Shown: positions 20,068 to 31,027, numbered from the stretch's first letter. The stretch: DNA of 44,430 nt from Prasinococcaceae sp. CCMP 1430 (GCA_013416795.1 RQSC01001147.1:97270-141699); one strand, 5' to 3'. Program-made: numbers and translations. The notes: generated by a model not told the origin, from the letters alone.

Positions 20068-20536
20068 ATGCCGGCCATCACGAGCAACGTCGAGTTCGAC
20101 ACGGTCGCCAGGGAGTGGCGCTGCAAGTGGGACGAGGAGAACGAGAAGGCGTCCCTCTCGGCCGCCCAGGAGGCGCTCGGCGCGGTCCTCGCCGACGTCA
20201 AGGCGATCGACGGCGTCAAGGCCGTCCAGCGCGTGGTGTGCGGCGGGTGCCACGACTTCAAGGTAGGCCCTCGCGCGGGCGGGGCAGTCGCCGCGGGCGC
20301 GCTTGCGCTCGCCTGCGGGCGCGCGAGCGCGGACGCGTCCGCTGGCCGTTGTCGCGCCGCGATCGTCGGCTGACATTGCGACGCCCGCGCAGGTGATCAT
20401 CTCGCTCGACGCCGCCAAGTTCGGCGCGTGGGAGGGGGCTGAGTTCGCTCCCGAGGCGACGTTCCTCAAGGCGCTCGGCGAGATCGACGGCATCAAGAGG
20501 ATCGAGACCCAGACCTTCACGCTCATGCCCATGTAA
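20068..20536 (+). CDS. Conserved-looking small hypothetical protein, 112 aa; exons 20068-20262, 20393-20536
   Basis: MPAITSNVEFDTVAREWRCKW...VQRVVCGGCHDFK|VIISL...IETQTFTLMPM*. Strong codon bias, phase-0 intron with CTGAC, TGTAA overlapping the stop. Confidence 0.88.
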
Positions 20537-21429
20537 GCGCCGCTGTGCCCGGCGCGCTCTTCGGTGCGCTGCGTCGCGCGCGCCGCGCCCCTCGGCTGCT
20601 TATGGTGAGGCGAGGCTGTCGGTAACCAGCACATCCATGCACAGCCGCGAGGTATCGCGCTCGCCTCGCCATCGCCATCGCCGCGCCGCCCCACGCTGTC
20701 GGTGCCCCCTCCCCTCCCCCCCCCAAACAGGGCCACCACCAGACTCTGCGCGCCCCGGCGTGCCGTTCACGGCGGATCTCGCGGATCCACTTTTCGGCGC
20801 GTGCGCAACCGCACCGGCATCGTGACTCAGATCCGTGTCAAGACCGCGTGCCGTGTTGCTGCCGCGCGCGCGTGCGACGCGGCGCGGCGCGGACCCACTC
20901 CACGATGGGAAACCGCGGCCGCGAGCGCGAAATCCGCGCTCTCGCGCTCTCCAGCTGGCGCGAGAGCGGCGCTTCTCTCTCCCCCGGGCCGCGCAGGTCA
21001 TTTCAATTCAATCGAGGAAGGCTCCCGTAGTCAATTTTGAGTCAATTTTGAACGTTCTAAATGCTGGGACGTACGAGGAGCCCGCGGCTGTGCGGTGGGT
21101 GTTGGGCGCGCGCATCGTCCGTGCTGCCACTGCGCACGCGCGCGGGGAGGGCCCCCCCTCCCCCCACCTTCCCCCGACCGCGACGACCGCGACGACCGCG
21201 ACGCTGGGGGGCGAGGGAGGCGGCAGACGCCGGCTTCCGACCAGGGAGGGAACGTGACCGCCGCGGCGGCCGCCGCTGCTGGTGGCGGCAGCGGCGGCGG
21301 CGGCGGCGACGAGAGGCCGAGCGGTCACCCGCTTTTCGTACCGCTCGCGAAGGAGCGACCGAAGCTGGCATCCCTCGCTCCCACCAGCACGCAGGCCTAC
21401 GCCCACGCCCACTACCACCACCCTGACGC

Positions 21430-24400
21430 ATGGCGATGGCGCTGCCGGTGCCCGAGTCCGCGGGCTTCTTTGGGATGTACCGACGCTCCGCGGACGTGGC
21501 GCTCGCGAGCGCCGCCGCCGAGCCGCAGGTTGGCCGGCGGAGCTGGAACCCGTTCGGTGGTGGTAGCGGGCCAAAGACCACGCCAGACGGGGCCATCACG
21601 GCCGTGCAAGATGACTACTCTGCGGTGGTCGCATTCTGCGAACGCGTGCGCGAGACGCCGCTCGGGGTGCAGGACGCCCTGCGGGAGCTCGAGCCCTTCG
21701 TGGGCTCGCATGACGCCGGCGAGGTGATGATTGGCATGGTGTGGCTCGACGTCGGCGTGACCAACTGCCACGACGTCGGCTTCGGCGCAGCGGTCGCCGC
21801 GCCCGAGTGGCTGGCGAGCCTCGAGTCGGCGTGCCAGCGGCACCGGCGATGCGCGGGTGTGGTTGGGTTGTGTAGCACGAACCTCATCAACTGGGCGAGC
21901 AAGTTCCCTGGCGATTCGGCCGAGGCCGCCGCCTTCATGCGGCAGCACTACGCGTTGGCGGACCTCGGCCACTCGGTGGACCTGCGCCGTGAGTCGGCTG
22001 TGCGCCGCTCGCACGCGACGAGACCCGTGACCGCGGCACCGACCTCGCCGTCCAGGAGCTCCGCGCCGTCTGCGCCTTCGCTGTCGCCGAGCGTGGCGCC
22101 GCAGCAGCCGGTGCGCGGGGCCATCGGCGGGCGCACGCCCGGGCAGGGTGACAGCGCGGGGGGTGCGAGCTTGCTCCCCGATGGTTTGCTGCGACAGAGA
22201 GCCTCGTTCTCGCCTGCTGCGGGTGTGGGCGCTGCGTCCGCAAGGACACCGTCCTCGGCACCGGCGGTGGGCGCAGCTTCGACGGTCGAGATGCCACGCA
22301 GGCGAGCAGCATCGCCGTCGCCGGGCTTGGGCTTCCAGCTGCCGACGACGCCAGCTGCCAATCTGCCGAGACCAAGTCCGGCCGTGCCACCGCAGGGAGC
22401 GCAGCAGCAGCAGCAGCACCGGCCGCGGTCGACGCCGAGCCCCTTGCAGGAGGACGAACCCGAGGACGAGGCGGCGTTCTATCGCCAAATGCGGGAGGCC
22501 ATTGAGCTCTCCCGCGTCGAGTCGCTGTCGCGCGAGGAGCTGCCGAGCGTGGCCGACATCACAGGGGCGCCCGCCAGCGCTGACGCCGAGGATGAGCAGC
22601 TGCAAAAGGCGCTCGAGCTCAGTCAGGATCCTAGTGAGCAGGTCGTACGCAGGGACAATGAGCCTCAGATGGAAGACCCGATTCACGCCATCATGGAACT
22701 CTCGAGGATGGAGGCTGAGCACGAGGCGCTGCGTCGCCAGCGAGATGCCGCGGAGGCCGCCGCGCAGTCGGAAGCCGCCGCAGCCGCCGCAGCCGGCTCC
22801 GCGCTGTCGGCAGCCGAGATGGAGGCCCGGGAGGCCAAGGCGCGATCCGAGCAGCTGCTGGCTGACCTCAAGGAGGCGCGCGCTCGGATCGCGAAGCGCG
22901 CTGCCGAAGTCGAGGCAGCCAACCTGGCGATGGTGCAGGGCATGACCCTCCCCGACGGCACCGTCGACAACATGGTCAGTGCGCGGGCGCATCAGGAGGG
23001 CGAGGCGGAGCTTCGCAGGCTTCGCAAGGAGGATGCGCGCTTCCAGGGCGCCATTGAGCAGCTCCAGGAGATGGAGCAGTTCACGGCGGCGAACAAGCTC
23101 GGCGCCGCAGAGGCGGGCGCCATCGAACAGGCGATCGTTTCTGACCTGCTGCAAGGCGAAATCGAGGCGCGCGCTGGCGTCGATGCCAACGCGCGCGGCC
23201 GTGGTGCGAAGGGTGCCCCTTTTGTCGACGAGCTGAATCAGCGCTTCTCGACCGTGAATGCCTCGCGCTCCCCGAAACACAGCGCCGATGGCGCCAGCGG
23301 CGCCACGGCCGCGACTCCTGCCGTCGCCGGGGCCGTCGCCGCGTCGAAGGGCCCAGCGATGACTAACGAGGAGCGATCCACGGCGCAGAAGCGGCGGCTC
23401 TTTGGCTTGCTGCCCCCTTCAAAGGAGGCTCGGGAGCGCTCGATGCGCGAAGTCGCGGGCCCTTCCACCAGCGCGAATGGCGGCCACGCTGTAGGAGGGC
23501 AGACCGGCGGCAAATCCCGGACGCGCGTGCCGCCCGCCCCTCCGTCGGGAGGCATGGCGCCACCACCCAAGGTCATGGCGATTCCCAAAGGTGCCGGCGG
23601 TGGCGTGAATGCCCTCGCCGCAGCGGCCGCAGCGGCTGCTGCTGGACGCAGAGGCAGCGCAAATGGCGCCGGCGCCAAGGCCGCGGGCGCAGGCCAGAGT
23701 GCGAAGCCCCTGTCTGGTGCCACGCCGTCTCCGTCGCGGCCGAAAAAGGACCTGACCGCGCTGCTAAACGAGATCCGCGCGCAGGCCGCGGCTGGAGCAG
23801 CGGGTGGACCAGGGTCGCCTAGGAAGGGACCTGCGGGCGCGGGCATTCCGCCACCACCGCCACCGCCGCCGAAGAAGGGAGGCCCACCACCTCCTCCACC
23901 CCCGCCGGGGAAGGGTCCGCCACCGCCCCCCCCGCTTCCTGGTCGAGGGGGAGCATCGCATGGCTTAGCTGGCGTGCAGCGCGCACCCGAAGTCGTCGCC
24001 ATGTATCAGGCACTGCGCAAACAGCTGCTCGGGAACGTGGGCGGCGGCGGCGGCGGTGGTGGCGAGCGCCGCGGCAGCTCTGCGAACATCGGAGGTGGCG
24101 GTGGGGAGGGCTCGATGGCCGAAGCCATGGCGGAGATGGAGGCGAAGAGCCAATACGCCGTCGACGTGCGCAACGACATAGAGAATTATAGCGATGCGAT
24201 CTCCGGGCCCGACGGCCTGGCGAGCCAGATCACCAAGGCGAAGTTTCGCCGCATGGACGACTGCGTCCGCTTTGTGGACAAAGTCGACGAGGCCCTCAGC
24301 GCCTTGTCCGACGAGCGCGCAGTGCTCAAGGCCTTCGACTGGCCCGAAGAGAAGTACGACGCCATGCGCGAGGCGCGCGCCTCCCACCTGCAGCTCATGG

Positions 24401-24834
24401 AGATGTCGAGCCGACTCAAGGGGTGGCCCAAGCCCCGCCCTGGCACGCTGTGCGAAGACGAGCTGCGCATGATGGAGACGTACTTCGACAAGGTGTGCCG
24501 TGTGCTGGACGCGCAAGCGCGCACGGTGGAGTCAGACGAGAAGCGGTTCAACAAACACGGCGTGCCATGGGACAGGAACGCAGGCAAGGCCGTCAAGCAC
24601 GCTTCGCTCAACCTGGCGGACTCATACCTGAAGCGCGTACTCACGGAGAGCACGGCGGCGTCCGCGCGCGCCAACGAGGCGCAGAGTGCGCGCACGCAGG
24701 AGCTCCTCACCAAGGGCGTGCGCTTCGCCTTCCGGGTGCACCAATTCGCGGGCGGCTTCAACGCGGAAACGCTCAAGTCGTTCGAGGCAGTGTCGACGCA
24801 GCTCAAGGGCATCGTCCAGGCGCAGGGCGGCTGA
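21430..24834 (+). CDS. CHUP1/IPGA1-like protein: VHS-like N-terminus, UIMs, coiled coil, polyproline tract, CHUP1-type C-terminal domain; 1134 aa, intronless
   Basis: C-terminal VQRAPEVVAMYQAL, EMEAKSQY..DV, FVDKVDEALSALSDERAVLKAFDWPEEKYDAMREA and FAFRVHQFAGGF match the CHUP1 C-terminal domain. Polyproline at ~23845-23940; UIM-like segments at ~22489-22716. In-frame stop 6 nt upstream fixes the start; TGTAA at 24883. Confidence 0.88.
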   Translation: MAMALPVPESAGFFGMYRRSADVALASAAAEPQVGRRSWNPFGGGSGPKTTPDGAITAVQDDYSAVVAFCERVRETPLGVQDALRELEPFVGSHDAGEVMIGMVWLDVGVTNCHDVGFGAAVAAPEWLASLESACQRHRRCAGVVGLCSTNLINWASKFPGDSAEAAAFMRQHYALADLGHSVDLRRESAVRRSHATRPVTAAPTSPSRSSAPSAPSLSPSVAPQQPVRGAIGGRTPGQGDSAGGASLLPDGLLRQRASFSPAAGVGAASARTPSSAPAVGAASTVEMPRRRAASPSPGLGFQLPTTPAANLPRPSPAVPPQGAQQQQQHRPRSTPSPLQEDEPEDEAAFYRQMREAIELSRVESLSREELPSVADITGAPASADAEDEQLQKALELSQDPSEQVVRRDNEPQMEDPIHAIMELSRMEAEHEALRRQRDAAEAAAQSEAAAAAAAGSALSAAEMEAREAKARSEQLLADLKEARARIAKRAAEVEAANLAMVQGMTLPDGTVDNMVSARAHQEGEAELRRLRKEDARFQGAIEQLQEMEQFTAANKLGAAEAGAIEQAIVSDLLQGEIEARAGVDANARGRGAKGAPFVDELNQRFSTVNASRSPKHSADGASGATAATPAVAGAVAASKGPAMTNEERSTAQKRRLFGLLPPSKEARERSMREVAGPSTSANGGHAVGGQTGGKSRTRVPPAPPSGGMAPPPKVMAIPKGAGGGVNALAAAAAAAAAGRRGSANGAGAKAAGAGQSAKPLSGATPSPSRPKKDLTALLNEIRAQAAAGAAGGPGSPRKGPAGAGIPPPPPPPPKKGGPPPPPPPPGKGPPPPPPLPGRGGASHGLAGVQRAPEVVAMYQALRKQLLGNVGGGGGGGGERRGSSANIGGGGGEGSMAEAMAEMEAKSQYAVDVRNDIENYSDAISGPDGLASQITKAKFRRMDDCVRFVDKVDEALSALSDERAVLKAFDWPEEKYDAMREARASHLQLMEMSSRLKGWPKPRPGTLCEDELRMMETYFDKVCRVLDAQARTVESDEKRFNKHGVPWDRNAGKAVKHASLNLADSYLKRVLTESTAASARANEAQSARTQELLTKGVRFAFRVHQFAGGFNAETLKSFEAVSTQLKGIVQAQGG

Positions 24835-24977
24835 TACTCCACGATGAAGGCGCGCGCATGGTGCCTAATGCACAGACAGCGATGTAAACCACCGTGTACA
24901 ACAATGCTCCCCGCCAGCGCGCTCGCTCGAGCGACAGGCGACTTCCCCTGGTGGCTGAAGTGGAACATGAACGCTTA

Positions 24978-26769
24978 TTAAATCACCACTTCGTACTCAG
25001 TGTTGACGGTCCAATCCAACGTACTCTCGATTGGCTTCATGATCATGTAGCCGTTCGCCACAACGTAGAAGGCCAGCACCGGCATCGACAGCACGATGCC
25101 TGCCCATCTGGTGGTAGGATCGTCTGACGTGTACAGCTGCGTCGGTGCCCGCGAGGCGCACGAGTTAGGAGCGGAGCGGAGTCAGCGAACGCGAAAGTGC
25201 TGAGGCTCAAGTTCGCGCACGGCACTCTCGCGCGTGCGCATATTGCACGGTGGCCGTGGGCAAGCGTGCGCCCCGCTAACGCACCGATCCGAACATGCCA
25301 CCGCCTGGGGCAACAGCCACCCAGAAGTTGATGAACAGGACGGCGCCGGTGAGCGCCCACATGAAGATGCTCTCGGTCTGGTTGGCGACCCACATGCCCA
25401 TCTTTCTTCGGGAGGTGCAGAATTTGACCAGCGGCACCAGCGCGAAGGGCAGCAGCAGCGCGAGCGAGGCGTTCACAAAATTGACCATCTGGTTGAGCGA
25501 GCTGTCGTCACCGAAGACAGCGACCAGCACGGCGGGAATGATGGCCGACAAGCGCGTGAGGATCGCGCGCTTCCACATCGGCAGGCGCATCTGCAGAAAT
25601 CCATCCATGATGTACTGCCCAGAGTACGTGGTGGTGATGGCCGAGCTCTGCCCCGCGGCGAGCAGCGTCAGCGCCCAGAGCAAGCAGCCGTTCTTCACTG
25701 TCAGAAACTTGCAGAAGTCCGAGTTGCCCTGCACCTCATCGGCCAGAAGCTCGCCCGTGTCGGGGTCCACCTGGCCATATATCCGCTCGGCGGCGAGCGA
25801 CGTGATGCAGCAGTTGATGACAATGGTCACCAGAATGGGGAAAACAGGCTCCACGCTGGCCAGGAAGACGGCGCGCTTGATGTGCGAGGGCGTGCGCGGC
25901 ACCTTGCGCGACTGCACAGCAGCGGTGTGCAGGAAGAGGTTGTGAGGCATCACGACGGCGCCGAGCACGCCCGCAGCCGCGAACGTGCCGCCGGGGGGTA
26001 TGTCGGGCACGGTGATGCCACGCACGAACGCCGTGCCATCGACACCCACCAGCACCCACTCGGCGAGCAGCAGCACGCTCATCGCACCCACAAATGCCAG
26101 CACGATGCCCTCCATTACGCGCGTGCCCCAGTGCTGCGTCATGAGGAAGAGCATGGTGGTCACCGCGGAGAGCATCACGCCCACCCACGTGTCCCAGCCA
26201 GCCAGCAGCTTGAGCGCGAAGCCAATGCCAATGACTTCGGGCAGGTCGGTGATTATGACCATGAATTCGGCCACCGCCCAAAAAATCACGCGCCAGGTGC
26301 GCGGGTACTCGTCGGCCATGGCCTGGCTCAGGGTCTTGCGCGTGCACTGGCCGAGCCGCACGCAAAGCACCTGCACGTAGATGGACAGCAGGCTCGTCCA
26401 TAGCACGACCCACAGCATGGCGTAGCCCGTTTCGGCGCCCGACTGGATGTCGGCCTGGTAGTTGCCCGGGTCGACGTACGCGATGCACACCAGCCACCCC
26501 GGCCCGACGTAGCGCAGGAACTCGCGCCATGTGAGCTTGGCGGGCGGCGGTGTCACGTCGGCCCCCGCCGCCTCTAGGTCAACGCTGTCCGTCCCATCGA
26601 TGGACAGACGCGGGTTCTCGTGGAAGCCATTCGAGTCCTCACCCCCCTCCGCGGCCGCGCCGAGCGACGCGCCCTCCGCCTCATTGCCGGCTGCCGCGGC
26701 GCGGGCGGCGGCCGCAGCTTCGTCGAGCAGCAAGCTCGACTCGCCGACCTTTTTCCCCCCCTCGCTCAT
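24978..26769 (-). CDS. NRAMP: NRAMP/SLC11 divalent metal transporter, ~547 aa; exons 26769-25285, 25136-24978
   Basis: GPGWLVCIAYVDPGNY (DPGN), VMPHNLFLH and AAGQSSAITTTYSGQYIMDGFL motifs. Phase-0 intron 25284-25137 adds the last TM helix. Confidence 0.96.
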
Positions 26770-27424
26770 CGATCGCGACGAGGGGGCCGCCGCTCCGCCC
26801 CAAGCAGCCCCCCCCCCCAAACTCAGGCCGCCTGCGCTTTCGCGCCGCCCGAGCCCCCGCACCTCCCCCCCTTGCGCCCCCGCGGCCCTGTCTCCCCCGC
26901 GCGCGCGCCCCGCGCGGCGTGTGGCGCCCGCAATGGCGCCCGCATCGCCCCGCCGGCTGCAGCGGCTCAGGCCGACAGCCGGCGGCCGCACCACCTCGCG
27001 CGCGCCCGGCACACGCAACGTCCAACCCACGGAATCCGTCCGCGAAACCGGCCGGGAGCCGCGCGGCTCGCAGCCGGTCTGACATGCGGACGCGCGGCAC
27101 CCCGCCGACGAATTTGCAATTGTGCAGTTCATGGGAGATCTCACCACCCCTCACAGTGAGCGGCGTACCCGAGAGCGATAGGGGCTTCGGGCGTTGGATG
27201 AACAAGTTGACTTCGTCGCGGATCTTAGCGTCGGTCATTTTTCGGAAGTCCTTTTTTTTTTTCTCGAGGCACTTTTGCGAGGCCCCGCCGGCGTGGATTC
27301 GCGCTGCGGCGTGCGGGGCGGTGCCATCAGGCGGCCTGGCGAGTGGCAACAGCCGCTACAGCGCGCGCGCCGCGCGCGAGGCGGCCCCCCCCGCGGGGGG
27401 AAGGCGGGAGGGGGCGGGGCAGCG

Positions 27425-28573
27425 ATGGCCACGGAGGGAGCCGTGCCCGTGTGGGCGGACACTGGCGAGGCGGTGCGACCCGCCGGCAGTGGCGGCAACG
27501 GCGGCGGCAAGAGCGGGGAGAGCGGCGGCGAGCCCCTTCCGCCCCGCCCGGCGGCGGGCCTCGCGGCGGACGCGACGCGGCGCTTGCGCGGCGTGCTCGA
27601 GGGAGGGTCGCTGGCGACGCGCCTGCTGGTGGGCGTGCTGGTGGTGGGCTACCTGGTCTCCCGATTGGTCGGCGAGCGCGCGGACCTGTTCTTCGCGCTC
27701 GTGTGCCGAAAGACGCTGCCGCGCATCTGGAACGTCGCCACTGCCGGGATCTACGAGACGTCGCTGCCATCGCTCGCGCTGTCGTCGACAGCGCTGCTGG
27801 TCTCGTCGCGGCTGCTCGAGCCACAGTGGGGGACGAAGGAGTTCTTCGCGTTCATGGCCTGCATAAACGCGTGCGTGGGAGCGGCAACGTTCGCGTCGCT
27901 CTATGCGCTGTACGCGATCACGCAAGACCTGTACTACCTCAACGCGCGCGTGTCTGGTTTCTACGGTGTCACGGCGGCACTGCTCGTTGCCGCCCGGCAG
28001 CTCATGCCCAATGAGCTTCCGGTGCCCGCTCTGCCCTTCTTGCGCGCGAAACACCTGTGCCAGCTCTACCTGGTCAGCGCGGCCGTGCTCACCGTCGCAT
28101 CCGGCGCCAAGCATCACCACATGGGAATGTGCCTCTTCGTGGTCTATGGGACGTGGTTCGCGTGGATCTACCTGCGCTTCTATCAGCGACGCGCCGCGGA
28201 CCTCGAAGCGGGCGATCAGTCGGAGGAGATGTCGTTCGAGGCCTTCTGGCCGGAGCCATGCCAGCCGCTCTGTGCCAACCTCGGCTCGGTGTGCTTCAAG
28301 TGGTGCTGCGTGCGACCGGCGGACGTGGTGGCGCGAGCGCAGCAGCGTGGTGGCTCCGAGGCCGAGGCCATTGCAGCGGCCGCTGCGCGGCGTGACCCGA
28401 CGCTTCCACCGGCGCAGCAGGAGTCGGAGAGACGCAAGCGAGAGGCGCATACTCAAAGGGCGCTGAAGCTGCTCGAGGAGCGCCTACGTGCCTCAAACGC
28501 AGCTGCGGATGCTGTGGATGCTTCCGCCGGGGATGACGAAGGCGCCGCGCCATCTGGAGAGAGCAATGTGTAG
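27425..28573 (+). CDS. TMEM115: TMEM115 / rhomboid-like (DUF1751) Golgi membrane protein
   Basis: IWNVATAGIYE, LEPQWGTKEF, AWIYLRFYQR, GDQSEEMSFEAFWPE and C-terminal RALKLLEERL; no catalytic rhomboid GxSG motif seen. Confidence 0.88.
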   Translation: MATEGAVPVWADTGEAVRPAGSGGNGGGKSGESGGEPLPPRPAAGLAADATRRLRGVLEGGSLATRLLVGVLVVGYLVSRLVGERADLFFALVCRKTLPRIWNVATAGIYETSLPSLALSSTALLVSSRLLEPQWGTKEFFAFMACINACVGAATFASLYALYAITQDLYYLNARVSGFYGVTAALLVAARQLMPNELPVPALPFLRAKHLCQLYLVSAAVLTVASGAKHHHMGMCLFVVYGTWFAWIYLRFYQRRAADLEAGDQSEEMSFEAFWPEPCQPLCANLGSVCFKWCCVRPADVVARAQQRGGSEAEAIAAAAARRDPTLPPAQQESERRKREAHTQRALKLLEERLRASNAAADAVDASAGDDEGAAPSGESNV

Positions 28574-28790
28574 CAGCAGCAGCGGCAGCGCACAACACGT
28601 GGCCCTTATCATATATATATAATACAGCGAGATGCTTTCCACCCAGTGGCGTCGCTTCGATGCGCCCATACGAGAGGCACGGTGCGGCAGCTTGCGGCAC
28701 GGCGTGCGCGCTCTCTAGTACGTGTGCGCTCGAATCATCGAGGCGAACGAGGGACAGAAAAAAAATGAATATGGATGGCTTCCCCTTGGT

Positions 28791-29695
28791 CTATGCGTGC
28801 GCGGCGCTGGTCGCAGGGGGGTACGCGATGTCGCCGCTGCACGTGCTCTTGATGCTCGGGGGACAATCCATGAACTTGAGGTCGGTGCCCACGCAAAGCC
28901 ACACCTCGCCGACCTGGCTGCCAACGCCTTTGGCGGCCGAGCAGTGGATGGCCGGGGCGTAGCCCACCGCCTTCTCTATGGCATCGGCCATGTGCTGCGC
29001 ATCGTACTTTCTCTCGGCGCTCGGCGTTATCCCAGCGTCGCTGAGCGCGCCGTAGAGGTCTGTTTCTTGCTGCATGTCCAGCGTTGTTTGGAAGAAATCG
29101 AGCTCGCTGTTGATGAACGGGGACGCGCACGTGCCTGCCGGGGCGGCATCGGGCGTGCGAGCGCGCGGCCAGTACGTCAGAGGACGCACGCCACGGCGGG
29201 ATGCGCGCGCGCGCGCGCGCGACGAGCGACCGCTCAGGCCATCGGGCTCGGACGCACCGTGCTTGTCCCATTCGTGCTTCCAGAACTTGGTGTCCGCGCC
29301 GGAGTACGATGGCCAGTACTCGTCGAGGTCCTCCTCGATGGACGCAACCTTTGACTCGTCGAAAGGCGCGCTCTTGTCGCAGAACGAGGGGTACGAGCCG
29401 TTGTCGTAGTTGGCCCAGAGCCCGTGGATGGTGAAGTGGTTGGCGGGCGGCTGCTGCGAGCAGTGGGCGCTCGACTCGTCGCACATGGACTCGCCCCACT
29501 GCTGCACCAGTAAGAAGAAGTCGGCCTGCGCCTGGCGCAGCGGCGCGACCGCGCCCGCCGCGGCGACCCACTTCGTCCCAAGAACGCTCGCTCACGCGGC
29601 CCGATGGCGCTGGCTGCTGCGAGCGGCCGCGCGCCCTCGGCGCGTGCGACGAGCGCCAGCGCGGCGGCCGCGGCAGCCGCGGCCCTTCCCGCCAT
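28791..29695 (-). CDS. Ribonuclease T2 family, secreted; exons ?29695-29596, 29525-29258, 29134-28791
   Basis: CAS-I FTIHGLW and CAS-II FWKHEWDKHG|TCA (phase-1 intron 29257-29135); ADFFLLVQQW N-terminal strand. The signal-peptide exon is 1 nt out of phase with exon 2 (see findings). Confidence 0.9.
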
Positions 29696-30206
29696 TGCAG
29701 CTCGCCCCCGCAGCCCCGCCTCCTCTCCGCCTGGGGCCCACCACGCCCCGAGCGCCGCGTGTGGTCACACGGTAGCGCTGAGTGGAGCAGCTGAACGTGT
29801 GGGCCGCACAACTTCCGAGTTCAAAGTTCCAGGTCAGCGCGCTCGCAACAGTGAAACGACGCGTGCACGCATGCGATCGCACGTCCACGCCACGGGCATA
29901 CGAACCCTCAACACAAAACCCCTAATGTGCCTCTGCTCTGCGCGTTTCGCGTTCCGCTGTTTCCTGGTGCGCCCGCGCCTCCCCTGCGTTTCGCACTTCC
30001 GATCCCGGCCCCCCGGCCCGGATTCTGCGGAGGCCCGAAATCGCCGTCCGGAAAGCGCGGGAAAGGCGGCGCCGCCAAGGACGGGTGGGGCGAGAGCGGT
30101 GGAGGGACAGAGAGGGACTAACTTCCGACTTCCGAGGGTGCGGGGCGCCCGCTCGCGCCACACGGCGCGCGGCGGCCGCCGGCGCCCCACACACCCGCCC
30201 GTCGCC

Positions 30207-30893
30207 ATGGGAAGCAAGGACGAGGACGCCTACGCGGCGCTCCTGGCCACGCCCGCCGAGGACGAGGACTGCACCACGTGAGGCATCGACGGGGCGTGCG
30301 ACGAGGACACCGCCGTGGCCGTCCCTCCCGCGCCCCCCAGCGGCAGGGGCCCCGCCGCCCCGCAGGGCAACGGCGAGCTGTGGTCCGCGCTCTTCACGGT
30401 CGCGGTCTCGGTGCCCGCGCTACTGGGCTCGTGATGCTGGCCTCTCCTCTTGGCAGGCGTGCTAGGCGTGACCGCCTCAGCAGCCGCCAAGAGCTTCAGC
30501 CACTCGATCTCCGCAGCGGTCACGCTGGCCTGCCTCACCAACCTCACGCAGTATGTGCACTGGAAGGGGGTGACTTCTAAGCGCCGCGGTTCCTTCTGGC
30601 GCCGCCACGGTCCGACCATCCTGTGCGCCCTCGCGGTCCCTCTGGTGATGCTCGACCTCACGCGCCATCTGCTGCAGGACGCGGAGATCTGGACTGGGCC
30701 CTCGAGCCACATGTTCCGCCCCGACTGCTCTCCCACGACGGGCCTCTCTGGCATCAGGTGCCTCAGCTGGACCGGCTTCTTTTTCACCATTGTCGGGACC
30801 TACGCGGGCTTCGCGCTGCTGCTCATCGGCGTCTTCTGGAGCGCCGGCTTTGTCGGCAAGGTGGAGAGGGCATGGGCACTCGCACGCCGCTAG
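30207..30893 (+). CDS. MSP: Membrane selenoprotein (MSP family), 228 aa, two in-frame UGA read as Sec (U25, U76)
   Basis: ATG 30207, TGA 30279-81, TGA 30432-34 and TAG 30891-93 are all in one frame, with coding-like sequence throughout: DCTTUGIDGAC...ELWSALFTVAVSVPALLGSUCWPLLL...TRHLLQD..W...CLSWTGFFFTIVGTYAGFALL. Downstream SECIS present. Confidence 0.88.
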
Positions 30894-31027
30894 CAGACGT
30901 AGATAGCGCCTGCGCGCGCGCCCTGGCGCGGCCCAAGAGAGAGAGAGAGAACATCAAGAATGCACGCGCAAGCAGCTCGGGGCAATCGCCCCGAGAGGGC
31001 TGCTCGTCGACACGCAGCGAGCGACGC

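Noticed and set aside
20600-20700. Partial inverted repeat GGCGAGGC/GCCTCGCC and 67-aa ORF
   Set aside because: Short matches expected by chance at this GC content.
21412-23280. 622-aa minus-strand ORF, and similar ORFs such as 40837-42675, 17724-19298 (5' part) and 18500-19798
   Set aside because: Shadow or alternate-frame ORFs expected at about 70% GC over repetitive coding DNA; R/A/G-rich with no motifs.
29592-29594. Selenocysteine readthrough of the TGA upstream of the RNase T2 domain
   Set aside because: The upstream frame is not signal-like, there is no Cys/redox context, and no SECIS was seen downstream of the gene.
30278-30456. Two small introns removing the TGAs of the MSP gene
   Set aside because: Candidate introns of 88 and 26 nt both break the frame, the sequence inside them reads as coding, and a SECIS is present.
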